DNA of 45,303 nt from a virus (taxonomy: Duplodnaviria > Caudoviricetes), in IMG/VR virus record IMGVR_UViG_3300017766_002047, positions 1 to 45,303 of that record; one strand, given 5' to 3'. Below, in pieces: positions 25,007-33,402 of this stretch (the first letter of the stretch is position 1; each line of letters starts with the position of its first letter). The notes under the pieces were generated by a model that saw only the letters and a list, made by a program, of their open reading frames with translations, did no database searches and was not told the origin of the DNA. The translations under genes and the position numbers were made by a program.

Positions 25007-25831
25007 TTACTCGTTCGGTCGGATGCGAATGTCGGCGCGGTCGATGCGGACAAGCCCTCCCACGTCCTCGATCTCTATCACACGTCCCGGGGCCGTGAAA
25101 GAGCCGAGGGAGAGCCACGAAAGCTCCTGCGTGTAGTTGCCGCTCTCGACGGACAGGGTGTAGTCCGTGCCTTCCACGAACGTCCTGCCGTTGTCGTCGG
25201 AGTACCGGAGCGACACAGTGGCGTCGGCGGTCTGCGGCGCACCGAGGCTGGCCGTCAGATAGAGGCCGTCGAGCGTGAGGTAGCTGCGTCCGCTGGCAGG
25301 GATGATTGCTGTCGTACGACGCGTGATCGGCTTGAAGCTCTCGTCAAGGTCCGTCTCGCCGGTGATCTCCCAAATGTCGGGGTTCTGCTCGTCCGCCGCG
25401 ATGATGCGTCCGTTCCACATGAGGCCGACGTGGGCGTTCCAGTTGTCGTACCCGGCGGTCTGCCAACGGCTCCAGCGGCCTGTCGTGAGGTCGCAGACCC
25501 ACGTTCCACGCTGGCCGAGGTGCAGCACGTAGAAGTGGTGGCCGTCGAACGTGAAGCCCCACGCGCGCGTGCGGAAGTCCTCCACGGCACCTGTTCCCCA
25601 GACGCCGAGGGCGAACAGTTGGGAGGTGCCGGGGAAGCCGTTCTGGCTAAGCTGCGGTTCCGTCTCAACGACGGCGAGGGCGAATAGCTGAGAGGTCGAA
25701 GCGAAGTCACTCACGGGCTCACCATCTGTCACGGCCAGCGCAAACAGTTGGCTGGTCTTTGCTGAGTTGTTCGTGCCGTCGCTCTCGATAACCGCGAGGG
25801 CGAAAGCCTGTGGGCTACGCGAGTAAGGCAT
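25007..25831 (-). CDS. Tail stabilisation protein, P22 gp10-like C-terminal part
   Basis: FTFDGHHFYVL..TWVCDLTTGRW and LRYSDDNGRTF..G.Y...W..LGSF. Confidence 0.7.
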   Translation of the reverse strand: MPYSRSPQAFALAVIESDGTNNSAKTSQLFALAVTDGEPVSDFASTSQLFALAVVETEPQLSQNGFPGTSQLFALGVWGTGAVEDFRTRAWGFTFDGHHFYVLHLGQRGTWVCDLTTGRWSRWQTAGYDNWNAHVGLMWNGRIIAADEQNPDIWEITGETDLDESFKPITRRTTAIIPASGRSYLTLDGLYLTASLGAPQTADATVSLRYSDDNGRTFVEGTDYTLSVESGNYTQELSWLSLGSFTAPGRVIEIEDVGGLVRIDRADIRIRPNE

Positions 25832-25843
25832 GGTGTCGCTCCC

Positions 25844-28012
25844 TTATGCCGTACGCGCGAGCCTGATCCTTCCGACCAGAACCGATTGCGGAGTGAGCCC
25901 GGCTGTCGTGTCGGGGTCCTCCTCGATCACGTCGAACCTGTAGGTGGGCGTGACAGTCAGCGGGTTGTCGTTGCCGAGGGCTGCGTCGCCGTCCACCACG
26001 AACGATTTGCGGAGGCTGGCGTTGTCCACGTCCACGAACGAGCGGTCCATCAGGATCAGCGCGCGGAGGCCGGTGGCTTCGATGGGGAGGGCGTCGAGGC
26101 CGTACTCCACAGGGTCGGGAATGTTCACGCCGCCGTCGAGCGTCGTGTCAGTCCACGAGCCGTCAACCGCAGTCGTGGTCGAGACGATGGCGTTGCCCGC
26201 CGTACCGGCAACGAGGGCCGTGGCCGTGAGTTGGAACTCCACGTCGGGGCCAAGGGCGGCGCTAGCCGACGCGTTCTGCGCGGTGCCTGTGCCGTACGTC
26301 GTACCTTCGCCCGGGCCGTTGTTGATCGCGTTCTGGAGGTTGAGGAGCGTGGCCGCAACGTCAGCGCCGATCAGGACGGAGCCAGCGGCCCCGAGCACGG
26401 TGTTGAAGGTGTAGACCGATGCGCCCAGCGTGACCGTTTCGGTATCCGCCGGGAGCGCGTCGAGGCGGAACACGCCCGAGGCTTCTTGGAACGGGCTTTC
26501 GAGGAAGCGGTCGTCGTACGGCACATACTGATCGACGGTGTAGAACGAGAACGCGCCGTCGTCAGGGACGAGGCGGGCTGCGCCGCCGCGCGCCGTCAGG
26601 GTGCGTGCGAAGTTGGAGAGGTCCGCGATGCTTTCGTCAAAGCCCGCGAGGAGCACAACGTCAGCAAAGTCGGGATCGCCGCCGAGCACAGAGCGCGGGA
26701 AGATGGTGGTCGGCGGGGTGAAGTTCGTCGTGTAGCGGCCCACGCCGTTCGTGATGCGGACTTCATCGAACATGCCGTTGAGCGCGTTGACGACGGTGTT
26801 GGCCGTGTTGAGCGAGCCGCCGACGCCGAAGGGCGAGGACGCGTCGAAGTAGTCGTTCGCATCGGCGTAGTCCACGCCAAGCTGAATACCGTCGATGAAG
26901 ATGCGCGTGACGCCGGAGTTCCGGCTGACAGCGATGTGATACCAGTGACCGATGGCCGGGCTCCACTGAAGCTCGAAAACCGACACAGCGGACCCGAGGG
27001 TGCCGTCGGGCGAGACTTGAAGCTGGAGCGAGCCGTCGTTCACGTCAGGGCCGTTGAGCACGAGCCGGTAGCTGTGCTCGTCGCTGGTGGGGTTCCACTT
27101 GGCGAACAGCGTCTGCACCTGCGTCGTGGTCGGGCGCACGCTCCAGCGGAACGAGCCCTCCAGTGTGTAGTCGCCTGTCGTGAGGTCGAAGTCAGTCGAT
27201 TGCGCGGCGGACAGGCACTCGGGGCCGGTGTCGAAGGCCGGGGCGACCGAGCGGTTGTCGAACACGCCGATGCCGAAGCGTTCGTACGGACGGGGCGTGA
27301 AGTTGTCCTCCTCCGTCACTTCGTTCGGCCACAGGGTCGTGACGCCCGAGATGTTCGGCCAGTCGTCGTTGTACGTGCCCGTGAGCGAGTACGGCACGAA
27401 GAAGTCGGTGTAGTAGCCGCCTGCGCCAGACGAGGACGAGTTGTCGATCTGCTGCGCGACGATGCCGATGGAGCCGGGCATGACGAGGTTTTCGCTGTTG
27501 ACGCCGGAGGCACCGCCGATCTTGGCGACGCCATCCACGCGGACTTCGACTTCGCCAAGCGTGGCGTGCATCGTGAACTGGGCTTGGATTTTGTGCGCCG
27601 TGTTGAGCACGATGCAGGGAACGACGGTCTGGGCGACGACGGTGCCGACGTTGTTGATGACTTGGAGGTTGCCCGCCGGAGTGATCTGGATACGCGCGAG
27701 AAGGTCTTGCACGTTGCTGCGAAGCTCCACGAGGGAGGTGACGCGGACGTTGTTCGTCGGCATGGCGACCATGTAGATGCGCGTGGCGAAGCCGATGGCG
27801 CTCAGCACACCGGCGGGGAGCACGCGGCTCCAGCCCGTGCCGCGACCGAACACACGCATCCAATACTTGCCGGGGTCGAAGGCTACGAGTTCGGGCCTGC
27901 TCTCCGCGTAGCCGACGCTGAAGGCAGAGCCGAGCGTCAGGTACAGACCCTGCTGCATCTTGGCGTTTTCACCGCCGAAGTAGTCGTAATTGTCGGCCCA
28001 CTGGATCGTCAT
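25844..28012 (-). CDS. Virion protein with a LamG/concanavalin A-like domain (putative receptor-binding)
   Basis: GDYTLEG, WYHIAVSRNSGVTRIFIDG and NGMFDEVRITNGVGRYTTNFTPP. Confidence 0.8.
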   Translation of the reverse strand: MTIQWADNYDYFGGENAKMQQGLYLTLGSAFSVGYAESRPELVAFDPGKYWMRVFGRGTGWSRVLPAGVLSAIGFATRIYMVAMPTNNVRVTSLVELRSNVQDLLARIQITPAGNLQVINNVGTVVAQTVVPCIVLNTAHKIQAQFTMHATLGEVEVRVDGVAKIGGASGVNSENLVMPGSIGIVAQQIDNSSSSGAGGYYTDFFVPYSLTGTYNDDWPNISGVTTLWPNEVTEEDNFTPRPYERFGIGVFDNRSVAPAFDTGPECLSAAQSTDFDLTTGDYTLEGSFRWSVRPTTTQVQTLFAKWNPTSDEHSYRLVLNGPDVNDGSLQLQVSPDGTLGSAVSVFELQWSPAIGHWYHIAVSRNSGVTRIFIDGIQLGVDYADANDYFDASSPFGVGGSLNTANTVVNALNGMFDEVRITNGVGRYTTNFTPPTTIFPRSVLGGDPDFADVVLLAGFDESIADLSNFARTLTARGGAARLVPDDGAFSFYTVDQYVPYDDRFLESPFQEASGVFRLDALPADTETVTLGASVYTFNTVLGAAGSVLIGADVAATLLNLQNAINNGPGEGTTYGTGTAQNASASAALGPDVEFQLTATALVAGTAGNAIVSTTTAVDGSWTDTTLDGGVNIPDPVEYGLDALPIEATGLRALILMDRSFVDVDNASLRKSFVVDGDAALGNDNPLTVTPTYRFDVIEEDPDTTAGLTPQSVLVGRIRLARTA

Positions 28013-29244
28013 GGAGCGGCCCTTTCGTCTTTGCGAGCGAGCCGGATACGCTCCTCGATACCGTGATTGGAGATGCGCTGTTGCCCACCTGCGACTGCAT
28101 ACACCACATTGTCATTCCCCACAAGGATGACCTGATCGTTGAGGAGCACGACGGTGCCCTCCAGTGCGCCCTTGCTGAAGCTGCGGCCCTGATAGCGGGC
28201 GATGGGGAAGTCGGAGTTGTCCGCGAGGTAGTAAGCGTCGGTCGATTGCGAGCCGAAGAACCACACCTGATCGCCCACGGTCATGGCTTGGATGATCTCG
28301 TCGGGGATGCTCTCCGCCTCGAATACGTCGAGCGGGTCGATCAGGAACTTGCCGGGGCGGATGAAGTAGACGCGTTGGCTCTGGGCGGCGACGCAGAACA
28401 CGAAGCCGTCGAGTACCGCGATGGACACGATGCCCACGTCGTCGGGGGTTGGGATACCGTTGAGCGTGTCGGCGGCTCCGCCGGAGAGCGTGGCCGCGTC
28501 GAACGAGAGGTCCGCGCCAGTCTCGGTCGTGGTGTAGGCGTTGCCAGTCGTGCCGCCGATGGTCGCGTAGAACGTCAGGATCGTGTCCGTGAGTTCCACC
28601 TGCGGGAAGGTCGCGTTGACGAACGGGTTGATCTCGGTGTTGAGCGCATAGTTAATGCCGATGGTTTCCGGCTGGGCGTTCACGGCGTCCGCGAGGTTCT
28701 GAAGCGTCTCGTCCAGCGTGGTGCCGATCTGCACGTCGTACGCCGCAGCCATCGTGTTCTTGAAGGTGTAGACGATGCCTTGGAGCGTGACCGTATCGCC
28801 GTCCGTGACCACGCCGGTGGACGTGTCGATGCGAAGGATGCCGGTCGCGCGTGCGCCGTCCTCGTTGAGCATCAGGAGCGCTTCGCCGGTGGAGATGTAG
28901 AGCCGGTCCTCGACGCCGCCGAACACGGGCGTGGAGGGCGAGTTGCCGACGAAGCCCGTCACTTCCGTGCGGGTATTGTCCTTGTCGAAGTAGAACAGCG
29001 TCTCGTTCGACACGACGAACAGCGCACCGGCGAACGTGCCGTCCTGCGTGAACGTGCCCCGGAGCGGGCCAGCGCCTGCCGCCGCGTAGCGGGAGGTAGC
29101 CGGTCGCGACAGGAGCGACACGAAGTCCACCATGTTCGTGGGGTTTTCTTCAAAGAAGCGGTTGAAGCACTCGATCTCGGGCTCTCTGCCGTACGTCCGC
29201 TCGTACGCGCCCTGCGAGAGCGGGAGCGGGGTCGTGTCAGACAT
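28009..29244 (-). CDS. Tail stabilisation protein, P22 gp10-like N-terminal part
   Basis: NRFFE, GPLRG, LDG.F, DPLD.FEAESIPD and VWFFGSQST beta-propeller motifs; ATG 29244. Confidence 0.75.
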   Translation of the reverse strand: MSDTTPLPLSQGAYERTYGREPEIECFNRFFEENPTNMVDFVSLLSRPATSRYAAAGAGPLRGTFTQDGTFAGALFVVSNETLFYFDKDNTRTEVTGFVGNSPSTPVFGGVEDRLYISTGEALLMLNEDGARATGILRIDTSTGVVTDGDTVTLQGIVYTFKNTMAAAYDVQIGTTLDETLQNLADAVNAQPETIGINYALNTEINPFVNATFPQVELTDTILTFYATIGGTTGNAYTTTETGADLSFDAATLSGGAADTLNGIPTPDDVGIVSIAVLDGFVFCVAAQSQRVYFIRPGKFLIDPLDVFEAESIPDEIIQAMTVGDQVWFFGSQSTDAYYLADNSDFPIARYQGRSFSKGALEGTVVLLNDQVILVGNDNVVYAVAGGQQRISNHGIEERIRLARKDERAAP

Positions 29245-30007
29245 TGCCGAAGCTCCCGCCTTGCGTCCACCAGCTTCCTGCGAAGGACTGGTAGGAGTTG
29301 AACCGCGCGCTGTCGGGGAAGTTGGCCGTCGGCACGTATTGCAGGTAGCGGTCGCGGATGGCGATCTGGCCGTAGCGCGCGATGGCTCCCGTCGTCTCGT
29401 GGACCGTCTTTCCGTACACCGGCGCGAGGCGCGCGGCGAGGGAGGCCACGAAGAAGTCGTCAAAGTCCTCTGGGAACGGCAGCGGGTCCGTCAGGGTCAT
29501 CGGAGCCATGATCCGCCATTCGCCAAGGTCGGCGCGGTAGAACCAGCGGGTCGGGGAGGTGAAGGTGCCGTCGAGGGTGATGCTCGCCGCGCCGTCGATC
29601 CCGCGCCCGTTGGCGTTGATCGTCAGGGGGAACGTGTCGTACGACGAACCGAGGTTGACGACCGCCATACGCGCGCCGTCGCTCGGGTTCTGGGGCAGGT
29701 AGATCGTGTACGCCTCAGTCAGCCGCGTGATGACGCGGGAGTTCTGGGGCGGGTATGGCATGGATGCCAGCGGGACGTGCTGCGGGGCCGGATACAGCGG
29801 CCAGCGTGCGTTGATCGGCGCGGTCGCGAGGATCGGCACCGGCCAGTCACCGAACAGTTCCCCGATCACGTAGCCGTAGAGGCTCGCGATATACGAGTTG
29901 AGGTAGCCCAGAGCTTCGGCCTGTTCGGCGTCAGTCGGGGCTACCCCAGCTTGTTTGAGGTTGTTCTCGCGGAAGCACCGCGTGATGATATCACTCGCCG
30001 TCGCCAT
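29237..30007 (-). CDS. Head-tail adaptor (P22 gp4-like)
   Basis: TASDII...L...G..PT......AL..LN and LAARLAP.YG. Confidence 0.7.
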   Translation of the reverse strand: MATASDIITRCFRENNLKQAGVAPTDAEQAEALGYLNSYIASLYGYVIGELFGDWPVPILATAPINARWPLYPAPQHVPLASMPYPPQNSRVITRLTEAYTIYLPQNPSDGARMAVVNLGSSYDTFPLTINANGRGIDGAASITLDGTFTSPTRWFYRADLGEWRIMAPMTLTDPLPFPEDFDDFFVASLAARLAPVYGKTVHETTGAIARYGQIAIRDRYLQYVPTANFPDSARFNSYQSFAGSWWTQGGSFGNV

Positions 30008-30380
30008 CTTTTTCGAGCCCTTTCAGAGCGGTTTCGATTTCCGCGTCCGAGGTGTCGGGATCGACGGCGAAGCCAGCGTCCTCAAGGGCCTTGATGGCGG
30101 CGGCGCGGTCGAACACCGGCTTCTCGACTTCCTTGGGCTCGTCGGCCTTGGCCTTGGAGCCCTTGGCGGCTTTCGCCGTGGCGGCGTCGGTGGCAGCGGA
30201 AGCTGCGGCCTTGGCTGCGTCGCGGCGGCTGGGGGCGGCGGGAGCCGCTTCGGCGGGCTTGATCTTGGACGGGTGATCGACCCAGCCTTCCTTGGCCGGG
30301 ATTTCGTCAGCGGAATTGAAGATGCGACCCTTGGGGTTCGCTTCGTTGTACCGCCATGCGGGGAACTCGTGATGCGCCAT
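29991..30380 (-). CDS. Hypothetical virion-associated protein
   Basis: AGGAGG RBS, ATG 30380; FPAWRY...GWVDHPSK; Ala/Lys-rich linker. Confidence 0.7.
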   Translation of the reverse strand: MAHHEFPAWRYNEANPKGRIFNSADEIPAKEGWVDHPSKIKPAEAAPAAPSRRDAAKAAASAATDAATAKAAKGSKAKADEPKEVEKPVFDRAAAIKALEDAGFAVDPDTSDAEIETALKGLEKDGDGE

Positions 30381-30413
30381 ATCGGCCTCCTGTGTGTGAA
30401 CCAGAACGATAGC

Positions 30414-30433
30414 TGACGGGCCGAAGCCCGTCA
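30414..30433 (-). terminator. UUCG-tetraloop hairpin (terminator or mRNA stabiliser)
   Basis: Minus strand TGACGGGC-TTCG-GCCCGTCA; no clear U-tract. Confidence 0.5.
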
Positions 30434-30445
30434 AGCCGTATCGTC

Positions 30446-30886
30446 TTAGACCGGCACGAACGCGGGGTTCTGTCGGACTTGCTGGAGGACCGAGACGAGG
30501 CCACCGGCGGTCGCTTGGGCACCGAGGGTGACGCCAAGGATGGCGCGGTCGGTGGCCGCTGCGGCGGAGACGGTGCCGCCCGCGTCGGTGGCGACTTCGA
30601 CACCTTCGGTGATGGCGGCGGTCGCGCGGAGGTTCACGACGCCTTGCTGGACGACGACGGCGAACGTGTCACCGGCGGTGTACGGCGCGGTGGCCGACTT
30701 GCCCGGGGTCGCGTTGTAGAAGGTGTCCGCGTCGCCCACGAAAAGGTGCGGGGCTCCGTTGACGCCAGCGATGGTCGCGGTCGGAATGTCGCCAACGGTC
30801 GTGTTGGACAGGGTGTAGACGGAGTTTGCGACAAGCGCGGCTGCGGGCTTGACGAAAACGGTGATGGGCAGGGGAGCTACGCTCAT
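30446..30886 (-). CDS. Putative capsid decoration protein
   Basis: Follows the coat gene; small, beta-rich; AAITEGVEVATDAGG resembles DUF2190-like cement proteins. Confidence 0.6.
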   Translation of the reverse strand: MSVAPLPITVFVKPAAALVANSVYTLSNTTVGDIPTATIAGVNGAPHLFVGDADTFYNATPGKSATAPYTAGDTFAVVVQQGVVNLRATAAITEGVEVATDAGGTVSAAAATDRAILGVTLGAQATAGGLVSVLQQVRQNPAFVPV

Positions 30887-30931
30887 GGCTGTGGCCTTTC
30901 AGGGCAAGTAGTCGGCGGCAGGAAACGGCTT

Positions 30932-30954
30932 GGGGCGGAGGGTCACTCCGCCCC
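30932..30954 (-). terminator. GC-rich hairpin after the major capsid gene
   Basis: GGGGCGGAG-N5-CTCCGCCCC immediately after the stop codon. Confidence 0.5.
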
Positions 30955-30960
30955 TTGTCG

Positions 30961-32265
30961 TTACGTCAGGGCGAGGCCGGAGAACCGGGTGCCCAGTTGG
31001 CGATCCACGACGGCACCGCCGTAGATCATGTCCCAACGGTGGACGTGGTTCCCGGTGTTGATATCCGATCCGCGCCAGTAGCGGATGGAGATACCCGTCT
31101 CGGGGTCGTTGGCGAAGCTCGACACGCCGGTCATCGGCTTGATAAGCTGCGCCGACACCAGTTGGATGGCCGACTTGTGCCACGCGGCGCGCTGTGCGAA
31201 GGCGGACGAAGCCGCCCCGGCCCAGATGATCGCCGCGTCGTTGGCCGGAGCCGCAGACGCCGTGCCGAACACGGTGTTCTGGCGCTGGACGGCAGTGGAG
31301 CCGCCGGTGCCGGGAACGATGATCGGCGGAGCGATGGAGACAGTGACCGCACCTGCGCCGTCAGCAACCGCGTCCGCGAGGACGACGAACTGCATGAGTT
31401 CGGCAGCGCCCGTGGCGTCCGTGATGACCTGCTGCGTGCGCGGGTTGATACGGAACACGTTGGCGATGGTGAAGGTGTCGCCCGCCTTGATCGTCGCGTT
31501 GTTGCCAACGGTTTCGAGGATCAGGTTCTGCGAGTTCGTGTCCTTCACGTCGGCGTAGTTGACGTTCTGGTTCGCGCCGTTGACTTGGCCTGCGCCGGTC
31601 GAGGTGCGCGTGCCGGTCACGAGGATCGACGGCGCTTGCGTCCGGTAGTAGTCAATGTCCGACAGCATCGGGACCTTGGCGCGTTTCATCGCGTTGACGG
31701 CCTCGGTCGTCATGAACTTGTCGATCAGGCTGGCTTGGACACCGGCGCTGTCGTTGATGGTCATGAAGCCGACGCGGCTGGAGGCCGGAACTGCCATGTT
31801 GCCAAGGCGGGACCAGACCGGGATTTCCTGCTGCGGCGAGGCCAGCGGGAGGTCGGCGGCACCGGCAGCAGCCGGGGCGTTGACCCACGACGGGAACTCC
31901 TTGATGAAGCCGTGCAGATAGCTGTCGAGGCCCTGCGCCAGCGTGCTGGCGGCGGACTTCATCGTCTCGGAGCGCATGAGCGCGTTGTACGACTGCACGT
32001 ACTGGAGATCGGTCAGCGAGAGGTGGACGCCGCTGTACTGATCGACCGAGATCGGCGTGGAGCCGGTCACGATATCCTGCGTGTCCAGCGTCGGGCCGGA
32101 GGTCATCGTGAAGCGCGGAGGACGCTTGACGAAGATTTGCAGGCCGTTCTTGTCCGTGACCTGATTGGTGAACTTGGTGTCCACGAGCTTGCCCATGACA
32201 AGATCGTTTTTCACCAGAAAGAGCATGACGTTCGCATACTCTTGATCGTTAAGAAACTGGTTCAT
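30961..32265 (-). CDS. Major capsid protein (P22 gp5 coat-like)
   Basis: 434 aa; N.L.M...V, KRPPRF, KAGDTFTIANV..INP and RWDMIYG; synteny after the scaffold gene. Confidence 0.9.
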   Translation of the reverse strand: MNQFLNDQEYANVMLFLVKNDLVMGKLVDTKFTNQVTDKNGLQIFVKRPPRFTMTSGPTLDTQDIVTGSTPISVDQYSGVHLSLTDLQYVQSYNALMRSETMKSAASTLAQGLDSYLHGFIKEFPSWVNAPAAAGAADLPLASPQQEIPVWSRLGNMAVPASSRVGFMTINDSAGVQASLIDKFMTTEAVNAMKRAKVPMLSDIDYYRTQAPSILVTGTRTSTGAGQVNGANQNVNYADVKDTNSQNLILETVGNNATIKAGDTFTIANVFRINPRTQQVITDATGAAELMQFVVLADAVADGAGAVTVSIAPPIIVPGTGGSTAVQRQNTVFGTASAAPANDAAIIWAGAASSAFAQRAAWHKSAIQLVSAQLIKPMTGVSSFANDPETGISIRYWRGSDINTGNHVHRWDMIYGGAVVDRQLGTRFSGLALT

Positions 32266-32271
32266 GGCTGG

Positions 32272-33402
32272 TTAGCCCTTCTGTTGCGCGTTGACCATCG
32301 CCTCGAATGCGGCGAAGTCTTGGGTGTTTGACCTAACTCGTGCCCCGCCTCGGGTGCCCCGTGTCCGCTGCTGCGGCGGTTCGGGAGCGTTCGTACCCTT
32401 GACTTTGGGCGGCTCGTCTTTCTCGTCTTTCCCGGTCGTGTCGGTCGGTCGCGAGAACCGTGCGTCAAGTTTAGCCAACGCCGCGCCCTGTCGGACTGGA
32501 GGCATTGCTGCGATCTTGTTCGCCTCATCGGGGTTGTCCGCGAGGTAGAACATGATCTCTGCGGAAGTCTCGTAATCGAGCACGAGTTCCGCCATCGGCT
32601 GCGTAAAGCTCCACGGACCTTTGGCGCTTTTCAGCACCACGTCCTCAAAGCCTTCGATCTCAGCGACACCACGGGCCAGCGCGGTATCGGCCTTCCGCTT
32701 CGTTTCGGCCATCTGATTGGCCTCGGCCTGCGCTTGCCGGTCGCCCTGAAGGTCGGCTTTGACCTTCTTGACGATTTGTTCTTCACGCCATGTATCCATG
32801 TCGCGAGTGAATGCCGTGTCAAACTCGCCAAATTTGTATTTGGCCGGGTCAGGCCGTCCGTCGTCCGTCGGCGCTTCGCGGCGCTGCTCGGGCTCGGTAC
32901 GGGCCGGTGCAGGGGCTTCCTGCCGGGCGTTGAGCTTCGCGCGGAGGTCCGCCAGTTCGGCGTCCTTCTCGGCTTCGCGGCGCGCGGCCTCGTGCTTCTC
33001 GCGGGTCAGTTGCCCGATGCGGTCGCGGGCTCGGCCACGCCACTTCTTCGGCTGGCCGGGCACGTCCTTGTGTTCGTCGTCGCCGTCCGCCGGTGCGTCG
33101 GCCTTGGCGGGCTTGTCGTCTTTCGCCTCGACAGGCTGGCCGTCGGCATCGACTTCCTCGTCGCCGTCGTCCTGATCCTGATCGTCGTCCTCCCCGTCCT
33201 CGTCGTCAGGGTTCGGGGCGGCTGCGGAGGCAGCGTCCGTCGGCTGGGGCGGCTCGTCAAGCGCGCCTGCGCCAGCACCCTTTTCGAGTTCGGCGGTCGC
33301 GGCCTTCTCGAAATCCGCGAAGGACGAGAACGCCTTCTGGACTTCCTTGGGGTCCGCCGCCGCTTGGGCGGTTTCGTCAACTGTCTGTGCTTTGATCGTC
33401 AT
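32272..33402 (-). CDS. Scaffolding protein
   Basis: Acidic N-terminus, RIGQLTREKHEA coiled-coil, FYLADNPDEA; lies between portal and coat. Confidence 0.8.
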   Translation of the reverse strand: MTIKAQTVDETAQAAADPKEVQKAFSSFADFEKAATAELEKGAGAGALDEPPQPTDAASAAAPNPDDEDGEDDDQDQDDGDEEVDADGQPVEAKDDKPAKADAPADGDDEHKDVPGQPKKWRGRARDRIGQLTREKHEAARREAEKDAELADLRAKLNARQEAPAPARTEPEQRREAPTDDGRPDPAKYKFGEFDTAFTRDMDTWREEQIVKKVKADLQGDRQAQAEANQMAETKRKADTALARGVAEIEGFEDVVLKSAKGPWSFTQPMAELVLDYETSAEIMFYLADNPDEANKIAAMPPVRQGAALAKLDARFSRPTDTTGKDEKDEPPKVKGTNAPEPPQQRTRGTRGGARVRSNTQDFAAFEAMVNAQQKG

